NCBI GenBank assembly: GCA_030704615.1
Contig: CM060732.1
Location: 80,538,001-80,602,000, forward strand
Source of the DNA: Takakia lepidozioides
Taxonomy: Eukaryota; Plantae; Bryophyta
Length of the DNA stretch: 64,000 bases
Direction: 5' to 3'
Part shown: in pieces, positions 10,901-24,589 of the stretch
Numbering within the stretch: position 1 is the first letter of the stretch
Layout: every line of letters begins with the position of its first letter
Notes under the pieces: model-generated
Seen by the model: the letters and a program-made list of their open reading frames with translations, nothing else
Told to the model about the DNA's origin: nothing
The model's database searches: none
Position numbers and translations under genes: made by a program

Positions 10901-12779
10901 TCCCTGGTACCTTGAGGAGGAAGACTATTGTGGTATAAGTGATACCTGCAGCTATTGCACCACGGTACTTTCATCAATTTTTTCCTTGAGAGTGTTTGGG
11001 AATCCTTAATGAAAACACCAATATCGTACTGTCCTACTTAGCACCCACTCCCTGCCTCGCCTTGCTCTCATCCAAGGGCTTGTGACCAGAAGCCCTTCAG
11101 CCCTCTTGGGTCCCCTTCCAAGGGTCTGTTTTCTGTGTCATATGGGGCACTAGAAAAAGAGAAATGGAGATAGAATCTGCATGATTCTACATAGTTTGGG
11201 ACAAGTTTATAGCCATGGTGATGACATGTGGTTCTGTTTTTTCGATTTTTGCACAGGTAATGAAGGACTTTGAAGAATGTCAGCAATTAACAGCTAAGTT
11301 TCTATATTTCCTGAACATGTTATTGAAATTTCAATAATTAATATATGTTAATACTTAATCTTTAGCCAAAATTAATAGTTTGTAGTCAATAATTTGCATA
11401 CCTCTTAATGACTTTTGAGCTTCCACCTTTTTGTTTCTAGCTCCCAGTTGTGTGGCTTCTTGCTGTTTGTGTACGTTTTGGTCATGGTTATTGTGTCTTT
11501 TCATCTTCTTCTTTGCTGTGTTCTTGGCTTTAGTCATGATCATTGTGTTTTTCCATCTTTCTCTTCCTCTTTCAGTTTTTTCAATAATCAGCTTTGTCTC
11601 TTCAGCTTCCACTTTCTATTGCTTCCACCCTCCATAAAAGCTGATTGTGTTTAGGACGCATTGCTAATTGTTTGAGTATAGAAGATCTGAAGCACATATT
11701 GTCTAGCTATTACTTCTTTCCCTTGTCTTCATTGTTTTCAGGTAATCTTGTCTTTTCAGGTAATGTGATGGCTGTGAGGCGCAACCGACCTCTTTTGACT
11801 GTAGATGATCTTGATTACAGTGTGAGAGATGTACTTTTTGAGTGTATTGTTTTGAGCAGGTATCAAAATTTTGAGAAGACTAACACAGAATCTTCTTCAT
11901 TTTCTTACCTTCATGCTGATGTGATAGACAAATTTGGCATCCAAACTGTCACAATCACCATCAATAGCAACCTCGTGAAGAACCATGAGAGCTGTTTTGT
12001 CAAAGAGGTAGCATTGAGGATTGAGAACTTGCCTTGCATCCTAAACAGAAGTGGGAGAAAGGGGATAACGACGTGGCAATAAGGATAAGCTCTGCCACAA
12101 CAGTTGAGATGCTTTTTCCATTCGTTCCCGTTGTGGAACTCTATTTCTTTCCAACAAAATCAATCTCCGAGTTTGTATCACGCACGGGATAAAAGTTTGT
12201 CACATCAGTCCTGAAGATATCCAGATCGTAAGTTCAAAACCTATGTTTTTTTACGGGGAATGCTAGATCATAAGTTTGGAGGCGTGAGCCTGTGAGCCCA
12301 GGAGCCCGTGAGCTTAAGATAGGCTCACGCCACGTCAGCATGGAATCCGGAAATTGCTGGCCCTATTCCCGCGGGAGGAGCCAATTTCTGCGGATAAATT
12401 AACCATTTTCAGTTATTCTAGATCACATCTGTTACATCCATTCCATCTATTGTTTCATCCATTTAGATGTGGTTTACATACCAAGTCCTTGCATGCCACG
12501 AAATGGATGAATGTAGTTGTGTTTGAATGGAACATCATCCGACATATTGGGGACGAAATAGTGGATGTGGATGCATAGTTCTCTGCATAGATGAATGTGG
12601 TCACGTCTTGTATGTACGCACGTATGTAATCCCTCCACATGTACGCACCCAATAATGCATATGTGGAGTGAGGAGTGTCTGTATAGATTGATTTTTTTAG
12701 AAGAACGGATGGAGTAAGCAGGAAGGGTGTGGTGTTGTGGAGCTTGTGTGCAGCTGCCCATCCCCAGCAAACAAGGGTG

Positions 12780-13510
12780 GAAAAACAAAACATGTGTGGG
12801 ATATGTAGAGAAAACGTGCTCCGCAAATGCCCTGAAAACAGTGTGCGGCACCGCTCACTATTTTCCAGGCATCTGCGAGGGAACGAAAAAACGAAAAAAA
12901 AAAAAAACCTTGCGTGGTTGGGCATCTGCAGAGAAAACATGCTCCGCAGATGCCTTGAAACAGTGTGCGGCATCGCACACTGTTTTCCGGGCATCTGCGA
13001 GGGAACGATAAAAAAAAAAAAAAACTTGTGTAGGATGGGCATCTGCAAAGAAAACATGCTCCGTAGATGCCCTGAAACAGTGTGTGGTGCCGCACATTAC
13101 TTTCCGGGCATCTGCTAGGAAATGAAAAAACGAAAAAAAAAAAAAAAAAAAAAAAAAAACTTGTGTGAGATAGGCATCTGCAGAGAAAACATGCTCCACA
13201 GATGCCCTGAAACAGTGTGTGGTGCCGCACACTGTTTTCCGGGCATCTGCTAGGGAACGAAAAAACAGAAAAAAAAAAAAAAAAAAAAAAACATGTGTGG
13301 GATGTGCAACTGCAGATAAAACGTGCACCACAGATGCCCTGAAAATAGTGTGCGGTGCCGCATACGTGTCAGGGCATTTGCGTGGGAACGAAAAAAAAAA
13401 AAAAAAACCGTGTGTGGGATGGACAGCTGCAAAGAAAACGTGCACCGCAGATGCCCTGAAACTATTGTGCGGTGCCGCACACTACTTTCAAGGCATCTGC
13501 GTGGGAACCT
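12780..13510. repeat. Tandem repeat of about 120-140 bp hairpin units separated by poly-A, 6 copies
   Basis: Unit core GCAGATGCCCTGAAACAGTGTGCGG-TG-CCGCACACTGTTTTCCGGGCATCTGC is an imperfect inverted repeat. A-tracts vary in length. Confidence 0.93.
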
Positions 13511-13681
13511 GCCTAAAGTGCATTCACTGGGCTCACGAGATGGGCGCAGATGCCGGAGTGTTGTAAATAAAGATGGACAGGCGATGTTGCAGGCAAGGGT
13601 GACATCTATCATGGAAGGTCCTCCCCCCTCCCTCCCTCCCTCCCTTTGGATTTGGTCGTGTGTACACAATGGTCACTTCTG

Positions 13682-13890
13682 GTTCGCTTCTTCAAGATAA
13701 AGGCGTATTAGGTTACAATTAGCACCTGTCTGGACTGCACTTGCCTGGATTTCATTTGCATGCATGAGGGCAACCTGGGAAAGAAGATGAAGTGGGTTCT
13801 TTGCAAGCACCTGTACTACATTTTTGTGCGCAGGATGTGTTGTGACCCCAAAAAAGACCAGTACATTCACCAGGCCACGCTATCACATAC
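13682..13890 (+). pseudogene. SWIM zinc-finger fragment (MULE transposase C-terminus type)
   Basis: Frame from 13682: AY*VTISTCLDCTCLDFICMHEGNLGKKMKWVLCKHLYYIFVRRMCCDPKKDQYIHQATLS, i.e. CxC-x19-CxH. Not in the ORF track. Confidence 0.75.
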
Positions 13891-15569
13891 TCTTCTGCAA
13901 CGTGACAGGTCCAAAACCGATTAAGTAGTGGGCATACTGTTAGTCTGCATTTCATACTATGCGTGGAAATTGAGTAACAATGAAGCAATAACATAGTGGT
14001 GCTTCAGTATATGTCTTCATTCAATCATTCACTCATGTGTCGGTCCTATGCAACTCATGTAATATATAGTGATATTCTATCATTGCATAGGCATGGATTG
14101 TGCTGTCGTTTGTTTCCCAAAAGTGCTCTTGGATTCTCTTAGTGCGCTGTGCAGTTGAAGGTAGTGTTGGCCATTCCAACGGGAATAGGCCCCCGTTCTC
14201 AGGTCCTCAGGAATAGGTGTTGTTTCCAATACACCCTAGACCGTGGGCTCATGCTTACCAAGTGTGAGCCTAGGCTCTCGCTTACTGCGCTAAACGTGAA
14301 TCCATTTTCTGTAATTTTACAGCATAAAATCTACTATGTTATTATCAGATTTCTTCTGATTGACAATGACACAAGGTTGATTTTATGAACTTAAAGTTTG
14401 ATTTTTCAGTTAGATGTGTTCTAGATTTGTTGATTTTCACTCATGACAATTATAGAGCATGCTTATGTCTTCATAATGTTGTAGTTTCCTTGAATGGTAC
14501 CGATCGGATATCTATCATGAATCTAGTTTTTTTTCAAATTGATACACATTGTATTTGATGTCATGTCTGTGAGTTTTCTTTCTTCCTTTCCTTCTGAGTA
14601 TGAAAGCTTGGCAACAACTTTCCGGTCTGGAGAAGTAGCATGTGCTGTATTGAAGCACATCACAATTACTCACAGTGGTGATGTACGATTACTGACATCT
14701 TCATCAACTATTATCACACATGTTCTTGATTCAGTTGTACAACATCGCATTCAAGCAGTTTTCAACACTCTTACGTCACAAGAAGGAGCATAAGCCGCTG
14801 CAGCACGACAAGTAAGCTTTAAACTACTTTTTGTGACATCATTTTTTTTTAGTTCGAACTATTTCAACATTGTAAGTGTATTATCACATTTGGATTTAAT
14901 TTTGTGCATACAGGTGATGGGGGTTTTGTTGTCTCATATCCAGCGTAGTCCCATTTCAAGCGTGTTGTTTAAATTGCCATTACATTGACATTGTTTTGCA
15001 ACAAGGGGGACAATATTTCTGCAATACATGTTAGGCCATACATCCATGTGCTTTAGAAGGTTGTATTATTGGGCGCATATCCACTGCAGCTTCTAGGATT
15101 GATTGTCAAGTTAAGGGAGAGTGGTTGCACATGATTGTAAGACTCGATGAAGCTGATCTCTTGACAACACGTCGAGAGAATCATGTGAGTCTCGTTGGTC
15201 GGCTGTCCAAAATTCGATTGAAAGGCACATTTGCACTTAGTTCTGTCTCTGAAATTGTAGATTTACGATGCAGCTTAGATAGTTTGATTCAAGTTAGTTT
15301 GCGTCTATTTTAGTGGCCGCCATTGAACGCAAAATGTTGACCACAAAACTAACTTTGACAATGTTGGTGGTTCACCATTCCATTTCAAAATATTTCAGCT
15401 GTTTTACTCTTGATTTCAATGCCGGTTGCAAATGAAGAACTATTAATGAATATTATATATTAATTTTGTTGTTGAATTGCTGTTATTTTCTTGAAGTTGT
15501 TAAATATCATTGAAAAAACAATGTCTGGTAATATCCACATTTTGTCAGCTTTTGAAATTTATCTTTAGT

Positions 15570-16040
15570 TTGTTTCAGATCTTAGATCCCTTTAGGTCCC
15601 TTTAGATCCATCAATTTATATACTGTTCTTATCTTATTGGATTTCTTAAATATCATTGGAAAAACACTGTAATTAATCAATAAGTTAATGCCATAAGTAA
15701 AGTACACATATTTATCAATCGTCAATTCTTCTTAAATTTATTATATACATATTTTAAAATGAGTATAGGTGATTTTCTATTTTAGATATTTAATTATTAA
15801 ATAAGTTTCCCTATGTGATAATGACCACATTTTTCCAACATTTCAAAGGCTTTAGTATTTTTCAGATCTCAGATCCATTTAGGTCCCTTTAGATCCATCA
15901 TTTTATATACAAATCAAGAACTAACTTTTTTAAAACAACTACGTTGCAAATGAAGAACTATTTAAAAAAAAAAACTATATGTAATTTTTTTCAGATCTTA
16001 GATCCCTTCAGATCCCTTTAGATCCATCAATTTTATATAT
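15570..16040. repeat. Three dispersed copies of an about 50-bp AGATCC-rich motif
   Basis: TTCAGATCTTAGATCCCTTTAGGTCCCTTTAGATCCATCAATTT at about 15573, 15860 and 15990 in AT-rich DNA. Confidence 0.8.
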
Positions 16041-16339
16041 CATTTCACATCTACTAATATTTACGTCACAAAATCACAATTTTCTTAAATTCATATATTC
16101 TTAAGATTTTCATTATTATTTATTATATACCTTTATATAATATAATTTATAATTTATAACTCTGACTCATGATGAGCTGTATTTTGATATCTTATTAATA
16201 ATAATATATATTTTTACCACATATTTTTTATGCAATATCATTTATAGTGTATCAAATCTAACTAAAATTAATAAATCATAATAAGAGAAAACTTATAATC
16301 ATTTATTACTCAGGTAAATATTTTATACTCAAATAATGG

Positions 16340-18480
16340 CAAACGATATATTTGATACACTAAATAAATGGATGCTAATACAAATATTTCATTCGACGAA
16401 TTTATTGCGTTATTTGACTTAGAAATGGACATATATATAAGAATTTTACGGAGTCGATTGAAAAAACCAACAATATTTTTAAAAACAGCATGTAAAAATA
16501 TTTGTACAAATGCTTTTAGCAATCAGGCGGCAATCTTTGGCAAGTCAATACTGACACACAATTTATACTCGATCCATATGCTGCAGCCAGTTATTGTAGA
16601 TCTTATCTAACAAAAGTAGACAAAACTGTTACAAACGAATTTTGGTTTATAATAAATAAATGTGTCAATGATCAAGTTGATGCTAATGTAAGAATTCATA
16701 AGATGGGTAATGCATTTTTAAATGCTCAACAGATGTCAGCTCAATTAGCAGCATGCATTGTGTTGTCAATACCCCTTTATCATGCATCTCAAACTTTTAG
16801 ATTCATAAATAAGTCCCCATCACAAGAACGTGCATTTGTATTAAAACCCGATAAAACACTACAAAAACTTCCACCTAATTCTACTGATACTAAATGTGTA
16901 TCTCCTATTGATAAATATATTGATCGTCCAAGTCTAATGCAGAATGTAGCTTTGGCAGGGTTTATTGCCGACTACAACTTAGAAAACAAAATGACTCGTC
17001 GCAAAAAAATCACATATCATTCGATACGTCCACTATAATGAGCACCGTGATCTTGAATTTTTTTATCGAGAACAATTACTATTATTTCATCCATTTCAAA
17101 ACACTGAAGAATCACAAAAACATAACCATGCAACTTGGCATGATGCATATCTTGCTCATAAATCATCTATATTACATATTCGGAAGCAATTTATATTTAC
17201 TTTTGTGGAAGATAACCTAACGGATTGGACAGATTTAGAATCAAAAGCTCATGTATTAGCAAAACATAATAACAACGATACATAGATGGACACATTTGCA
17301 TATGTTGACGATAGTGGTCCAATTCATCCATTCACAAACTTTGCACAAGTTGAACTATATGATATAAATATAGAATTCCATTGCAAACTCCAAAACAATG
17401 ATTCGACAATACCCGAGGCTAATACATATAATACATCAGACAACATTATTCTAAATTGTGAGTTCTATGGACAATTACGTAAACTCAATCAAGAACAACG
17501 TGCTATTTTTTATGATTGTATGCACAGAAAACATATACCCCATGAAGTACCAATACATTTATTTTTGACAAGAGGAGTAGGCATTGGGAAGACATTCACT
17601 TTATTGCTACTTATCCAAGGTTTACTTAGAATATATAATAGACATCCGAAAACTGATCCATTGAAACGAAAATCAATTTTAATGGCATATACAGGAAAAG
17701 CCACATTCAATATAGATACAGCAATACACTCAGGACTTAGTATTCCGCTAAATTGTAAAGAATTACCATCTCTTGGATCATAACGATTAGATATATTGCA
17801 AAATCGTTTGACCAACTTCAACTCATGGTTTTGGATGAAGTATCTCTCATTGACAACATAATGCTTACGTTTGCAGACATGAGATTAAGGTCAATCAAAT
17901 GCATACACTACCATTTTTTCGGAAACCTAGGTCATAATGATTGGAGATTTTTATCAAGCACCACCCGTGAGAGATTCTTGGGCTTTTAAGAAAATAAATG
18001 AAGGACCAGCTTCATTAGCTCAAAAAATTTGGCATGATTTTATTACATGTTATGAGCTAGACCAAGTTATGCGTCAATCAGATACAATATATTGAATCGG
18101 TTAAGAACAGCCACACAAATGCAAGATGATATACATGTTATTAACAATCGGTGTTGTCGTCCACCACCTAACAATCCTACAATTCCACATTTGTATTATA
18201 CGAACAAAGAAATGTTACGGCACAATGAAAGAATATTCAAACAAACAATCGGACAAATCTATATATTTCAAGCTGTTGATAAACATCATGATACATGCCC
18301 TTCTAATTTCAAGTTGCTCGATAAATGCCAATGTTTGCATACAACGATTCATGTTAAGAAAGATATGTTAATAAAATTGTGCGTAGGAAATTATGCTACA
18401 CATGATGGACTTGTAAACGGAGCCGATTGAAATTTTAAACATTTATATGTTTTGTCAAATTCAACTATTTTAATAGGATC
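16340..18480 (+). pseudogene. Helitron/Helentron Rep-Hel protein: end of the Rep region plus PIF1-family helicase, frameshifted
   Basis: DPYAAASYC..YLTK, GNAFLNAQQMSAQLAA, LNQEQRAIF, LFLTRGVGIGKT (Walker A), MAYTGKA..IHSGL, LDEVSLI (Walker B), IGDFYQAPPV, YELDQVMRQSD, DGLVNGAD. Confidence 0.88.
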
Positions 18481-19409
18481 CAATTTAATAATTAAAATAA
18501 GGAATTGCTGCACAACGAACAATTTTTTTTTTTTTCTGGATTATATAAATATTTATTTTTTGCACACGAATTAGAACACTATATCTACTTCTAATTGTCT
18601 CCCAACAATAAATGTGTTAATATTCATCTCAATTAAATTCCTCTCGTATTGAGCTGCACACTTCATCAAATAATCCTCATCTTTTCTTTCACACAAAATT
18701 CTTCCCATTAAACTCCAACATCTCATCACATTAACATGAAGCTTACAGAGTCTTTCATCAGATCTTTGTCTCATCAGAGTACTCATATTCTTCTTATCTC
18801 TTACTTAAGCTACTGAAAACGACAAACTAGCATCTCATGTGCTAGGGCCTCGGTACTCTCGCTCGAATGACCATGAATACATCGATTCAGCTGAACTCAT
18901 AGTGTCCTACTCTAACTACCAGAAACTACCTAGCACTGATTCAATGGGCTAACATCTATCCTAATAACCCCATTCCTACCAATTATCATCCCCATTATAA
19001 TTTGAATTTACTTTCGTTCTAGCATCCTAGATACCCAATTCTATCAAATTATCGAACCCCATAGTGCAATTTCACATCCAATTCTTGTTCATTTGCACTC
19101 CAATTCTAAATGCTACTCCACAAAGAATTTTCTATTATTCTACATATGAGTAAGGGTATTGTAGAACATACCAGTTGGGTATGTCTTGGGACATATACCC
19201 CGGTTATACCATGGACCTGGTGAACACTGGACCTACCCCCCTACCTACCATACCAGTCTAGGTATGAATTACTTTGATGCTCCGCTTGAGACGGGTATTG
19301 AGGATTGATGAACCCAAGCTAGCATGGGTATGTGTAATGATACAATAGGGGTAGAAGGTATGGTGTACAATCAACATACAAGGTACAATATGTAGGATTT
19401 CTTGTATGT

Positions 19410-21352
19410 GAGGGGTTTTCTTCCATGAATTTATTGAGTAGTAATATATCCAATCATTGTTCTAGAGAAAGCCTCACGAATTTTCAGCGACCAAAAGTAC
19501 TTGAAATTCCATATCTCCCACACCGCAAGTCCAAAAGTTATGAGACCAAGTTGGTGCACCCCTTCTCATCGAGGGCTTTCCAACGGTACCAAAATTGTGG
19601 CCTCTATGTAAGCCCAAGTGCAACCTCCAGTGTCCTTCCAACACTTGATTTTGTAATTTAGTTGAATTTTCAGCGACCAAAATTGTTTATAATTCCATAA
19701 GTCTCGGGCCAATCATTGTTGCAGAAAAGCCCACTTGTTATTTTCACGAATTTCTGGCAACCAAAAGTACTTCAAATTTCATATCTCCCACATTGTAGGT
19801 CCAAAAATCATGAGACCAAACAAAACAAAACAAACAAGCAGCTCGTCGCGTAACGGCCCCTCCTTATGGTGACTACCTATTAGAAACTTTTGATGATATA
19901 TATTGGTAGCAAGGAATGTAATTAGGTAATTTAAAAGCAATAAATACAGGTTTATGGTCCGTCCAATATGCTTCTGTAATGCCAAATATGCAGTGTTGGT
20001 GAGGTGCATTTGTCCAAACATGGTCTAGTTGAGATCCATAGATAGTAGTACTAATTGAGAATTGGAGTTGCATGCATGTGAAAATAAGACATGAATTTGT
20101 GTAATTGATTTGTTGTTACGGTATTATTTTGTAAAAGATCTACACTAAAATCTCCTATTATTATGGTTGGACAGGTATGTGGAATATTATCAATGAGCTT
20201 TTGGAGAGAAGACAAGAAAATAATTAATTGTAGTGTTGGAGGTTTATAGCAGTGTTGTATTGGTATGTCCATTTTGACATACCATACTGGTACTAGTAGG
20301 TCCAACTGGTAGGGCCCGGGGTAGATTAGGACTGGCCAGGGTAGGTTATAGGATGGGTATGGGTATTTCCAATTTTGAGATACCCTGGTCTCAGGCATGG
20401 GTATGGCAAAAACTCAAATGACATATGGGGGGAGCATGTGCAATGGTATGGTATACCCTAACAGTCATCATATTGTATTCAAAGCTGAAATTAAAACCAG
20501 ATTGAGGGCAACATACAAAAGGTAAGAAAAAATTGCAATCACACATGCCCATGCAAACTAATTTGTTTTGCTCATAAATTAGTGAAGGTCTTTGTATTGT
20601 ATGGCTGGATTGTAACCAATGGGAGAAAAGCTCGATGCCATGACAAAAACGTCGTTTCTTTCATATTCATCTAATATTGTTCTCCTTCATCTACAAAGAA
20701 GCATGCCTCCTAGTAGACGTCGTGGCGGTGGCCTCAACATAGGAGACGCACTTGGATACATAGGGGATTGCACTTGGACTTAGATGACACTGGACACTTG
20801 GGCCAACGGCACATGCTACCCTAGTCATTATATGAAGCAAGGTAGTAATTTGTTTGTTTGTTTGTTTGTTTTGTTTTGTTTTGTTACAGCGTTGAGATCT
20901 CCCAAACCGCGGGGCCCAGCTGTTGGAAAGCCCTCGATGAGGAGGGATGCACCGAATTGGTTTCGTAATTTTTGGACCTGCGGTGTGGGCCGGAGATATG
21001 GAATTTCAAGTACTTTTGATCGTTGGAAATTCATGAAAATAAGCAAAGTTGGCTTTCCTAGAACAATGATTGGATATATTGCTACTCAATAAATTCATGG
21101 AAAAAAAATAAATTGGTTTTTTCCATATATGATGAAGAAAGGTAATTTGTTTGTTTTGGTCTGTTTTGGAGCGTTGAGATCTTCCAAAGCGTGGGCCTAG
21201 CCCTGGTGCTTGGTAACGTTGGAAAGCCCTCGATGTGGAGGGGTGCACCAACTTGGTTTCATAATTTCTGGCCTCAATATATGAAGCGAGGTACAAAATC
21301 AAGTGTTTTTTCAATTCTTCACACATGGGCCAACAACACATGCTACCCCTAG
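19410..21352. repeat. Cluster of short non-autonomous Helitron-like repeats in both orientations
   Basis: 19423-19590 is an inverted copy of about 20920-21100. Two related ends TGGGCCAAC(GG/AA)CACATGCTACCCTAG-T finish at 20824 and 21352 (imperfect hairpin plus CTAG, the Helitron 3' signature). Confidence 0.55.
19873..20260 (-). pseudogene. Apurinic-type (EEP) endonuclease C-terminal fragment, Helentron-like
   Basis: YKPP...CPTIIIGDFSVDLL and TTIYGSQLDHVWTN...EAYWTDHKPVF correspond to the GDFN, LD and SDH motifs of EEP endonucleases. Confidence 0.78.
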
Positions 21353-23846
21353 TCGTGTGTACTACATACCAAAGAGGTGAGGGACGAAACCTAGACAATA
21401 AACAAGAGAGATAGCTGGGCAAGCCAAACAACCTCCATGAATATTTAACATATTCAATAAGTTCTCCAAAAGGCCAAAGGCGTACCAACAATTAACATAC
21501 TATTATTGTAAGTATGTTAATGTTTAGCTAATTATAATATTATTTTGCCATGAAATTAGATTCATGCATAAAAGATATATTCCACTCATGTGTTATTTAG
21601 AATTTTGGGAAAATTAGGTAGACCTTTGCTTGAAGATGATCTGCATTGAGTCACTAGATTCAATGCAATACACAAAAAACATCCTAAGCATTATATCATC
21701 CATACTTCCTTCCACCAACATCTCAAAGTACAAAAGAAAATCTCCACCTCATGGGTTTGTCCCTCTTGCGCCCCAAGGTGCTTTGGCACAATCTCATAGC
21801 GCGGAGACTTTCTCCGGCGTACGAACTTGTGAATCCTTGATGATATCTCATCGAAGGAACAAAAATGCATTTCACCTTCTCCCCAAGGCAATGCAATGGA
21901 ACCAATGGTTCCATGCTCTTGCTCCAAGTTGCATTCTCTAACCGCCAAGGCCGTTCAAGCTCATGAAGTTGCTTTAAAGTACATTAGAATAAACATGCAG
22001 GTATGTAATATTTAGAGCACAATTGAGTGAGATTCAGATAAGCACCCAAGCTCATATTCCTTAAGGTCCAAGCTCCGAGGATATATAGGAAACTAGAGTA
22101 GGTTGGCCTATGACCATACACTTATACAACATTATCTTTCTATAGGATAATTTTCTAACATATTCCATCCATTCAATTCATTGCAAAGGTGGAGAGATGG
22201 GTTTATATACGAGTGTAAAAAATCTATATAATTGGACAATATTCAAAATTGTTACTTCAATCTGTCCACAACAAATGCTAATGAGGTCTATAGTGCAAGC
22301 AACCACCAATAACCCACATAACCTTATTAGTCTTATGTGTTATACAATAGACAAACGTTGGTGCAAGAAATCATATGTCCACATGCATTCAGTTCTACGT
22401 TCAAAACTTGTTGCAACAATAGTGTCCTGCATGGTCCGAGGATATGCACATGTGTGAATGAGATTTGAGGATAAAGAAGGAACCATTTCTTACCATGATG
22501 GTTGTTGGCTTATGATGGGCAAAGGATTATAGGCTTCATGAATGAACAGTCTTGAGGCATTTGGCCCCCCAATTCCATACACTCCACCTTACCATGTGTC
22601 TTTTTATCAATCATTTTGTCCTTGATGCATCATTTCAAGATCAGTTGGAGTTCAAATTTAGTTTGAGAGAGGTGCAAATGGTCATGTCTCATCACATATA
22701 ATTGCCGAGCACATTTAATTTGTGTCATTTCTCTTTCTACACGTCATCAAGATCTAGATAGTTTATAATTATTTCAAACTCTTTGTAGCTTCAGCTTGAG
22801 AGGTGAGAGGTCTTAATACATGTCTCAGTCGTCGGAGAAAGAAACTTCGAGATAAGAATGGCTAAACATGCAGTTTTCTTTTTCTTTTTCTTTTTCTTTT
22901 TAAAGGGAAATACCTGCAGTTTCAGCTACGTCGCAGCTCAAATAACAGATACTAGAGAAAGAGACAAACTTCAAACGATTTCACTCCACAAACAGTAGCC
23001 TATGAGATTAGGTATGCAAGACTGGTACTAGCTCTAATGCAAAGCATTAATGACCTAGGTATTTATTTGTGAGGTTTAATAGGAACGGTAATCAACTTGG
23101 CCACTCCAAACCAATGATTTTGTACCACTAGACCAAATTGACTCCTTTGGGCTTCTCCCCAAATTAAGGCATTTTCCGTTGCACACTTTAAAATAATAAT
23201 AATAATAATAATAATAAGAGGGGATAGAAGCCCTCGAATTTTATTAATGAGCGCACTTAACTCTCACTAAACTCAAATATGTAATTGTGATGTTGTTGGG
23301 CATATCTTTGGTAATCCTTTGAACACAACAGTGACCCCTGGACAGGAATAAGTAAGTAGCGTCGAAGACAGGACGCGGTCCCCGACCACACAGAGACAGT
23401 GACGACAAGGACACCGAGGCCTTAGCAGAAGAAGAAGAAGACGACGACGACGAGAAGTGGGATATATTTCAAAGGGTTGTGTTAAATCACTGTCACGTTA
23501 CAAACTTCTTAGATGCCGTTGTACAGGTCACCACAAGAAGGTGATGACCGTCAAGAATGTCTTCATTGGCCAAAGCACTGTTACAATAGCAATTGGATCC
23601 GTTCTTTTATCTATCCAGCTTAACCATTTAGCGTTCCGGTCTAGAGCAGGCACAAAAGTTGTAAACCACACCATGTACAATTGGTGCCAATATTCAGTGA
23701 ACCACATTCTATTGATGGCCGGTATATATTATGCACGGTCGAACTAGTGCCTAATCGTGCACCATCCAAATGGGTCCAACACCATCCACTGAGTTAACAC
23801 ATCACACTTGAAACTTGTAGCTCACTCATCATTTCACGATCATTCT

Positions 23847-24569
23847 TGAAAAGTATCTAACTCTCTTTCCTCAGTCCAACTATGCCCAATTTCAGGCGCT
23901 TTGTTTATCTTGCTATTCACAGGGAATTCATCAGAATCCCAAGAAAATTGCTTGCTTGAATCAACAACAGTATGGACCTCATGTAACCAGCCTCTCTTAT
24001 TCTAGTCACAATTCTTTGACTCAGATCGTAACAGAGATCACTCCAGTACAACGATTGTTCAGCCCCGTTCTTCACGGAAGTGTATTCACAAGCCTTAAAG
24101 CGAACCTTTCTTGTTCCAAACAGTGAGTGGAATCAGATCTAAACTGTCCCTCTTCAAATGAACTCTTGATGAAACCTTAGTCACATGATTTACACAATCA
24201 CTCTATACAAAAGAGAAATCACATTCCCTGCTGCTGCAAGCCCCCAAAGGCTTGTGATGTCTATTCCAACATCAACCTACAACTCTATAAGCACAGCACC
24301 AGTTATAGCATCTGGTCCACCCAGCCACCACGTTGTGCTACATAATCAGATTTCCTGCCCATGCAGATCTGCTCAAGGCGCTTGTACACCATCATCACTA
24401 CTCCAGCCATCTTGCCCTGTCCACGCCCCATCAAAATTCTCTAGTCCTGGATCATCTTCATGCACGCGAGCCTGCTCCATTTAACCTGCAACTGTCAGTT
24501 CGGCGATATTCTAACAGTCTCTTGTTCCGAACTGGTTGACAGGTCGACCTTCGTTCCTGACACCTAACA
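23847..24569 (-). repeat. 3' LTR of the outer Gypsy element
   Basis: Matches 41573-42275 with scattered substitutions and small indels. Confidence 0.95.
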
Positions 24570-24589
24570 AACTCCCCTTCCCAAAGACA

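Larger units (their letters stand above)
12255..14303 (+). mobile_element. Second MULE-like relic (hairpin array plus SWIM fragment), apparently inserted in an intron of the RPA-like gene
   Basis: Begins GGGGAATGCTAGATCATAAG, similar to the reverse complement of the 5274 terminus (GGGGGCTGCTATTTCATGAG), with GTGAGC subterminal repeats. It sits between a GTAAGT donor (about 12228) and a TTTTACAG acceptor (about 14322). The right boundary is approximate and no TSD was seen. Confidence 0.45.
11768..15313 (+). pseudogene. RPA70-like multi-OB-fold ssDNA-binding protein of Helitron type, interrupted by an insertion
   Basis: MAVRRNRPLLTVDDL...FECIVLSRY...VIDKFGIQTVTITI...CFVKEVALRIEN(F)...IRISSATTV resembles an N-terminal OB fold. 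Later exons (14320-14370, 14540-14810 with LLTSSSTII, 14913-15310 with a CxxC remnant) resemble OB-B/OB-C. It lies just upstream of a Helitron helicase. Confidence 0.5.

Noticed and set aside
10428-11640. Exon-like and low-complexity ORFs on the minus strand
   Set aside because: No recognisable motifs and no consistent gene model could be built.
12455-13700. Poly-Phe/poly-Lys, Cys-rich ORFs
   Set aside because: Artefacts of the hairpin/poly-A tandem repeat.
23291-23781. Possible solo LTR (TGTTG...CAACA)
   Set aside because: No matching target-site duplication and no second copy in the window.
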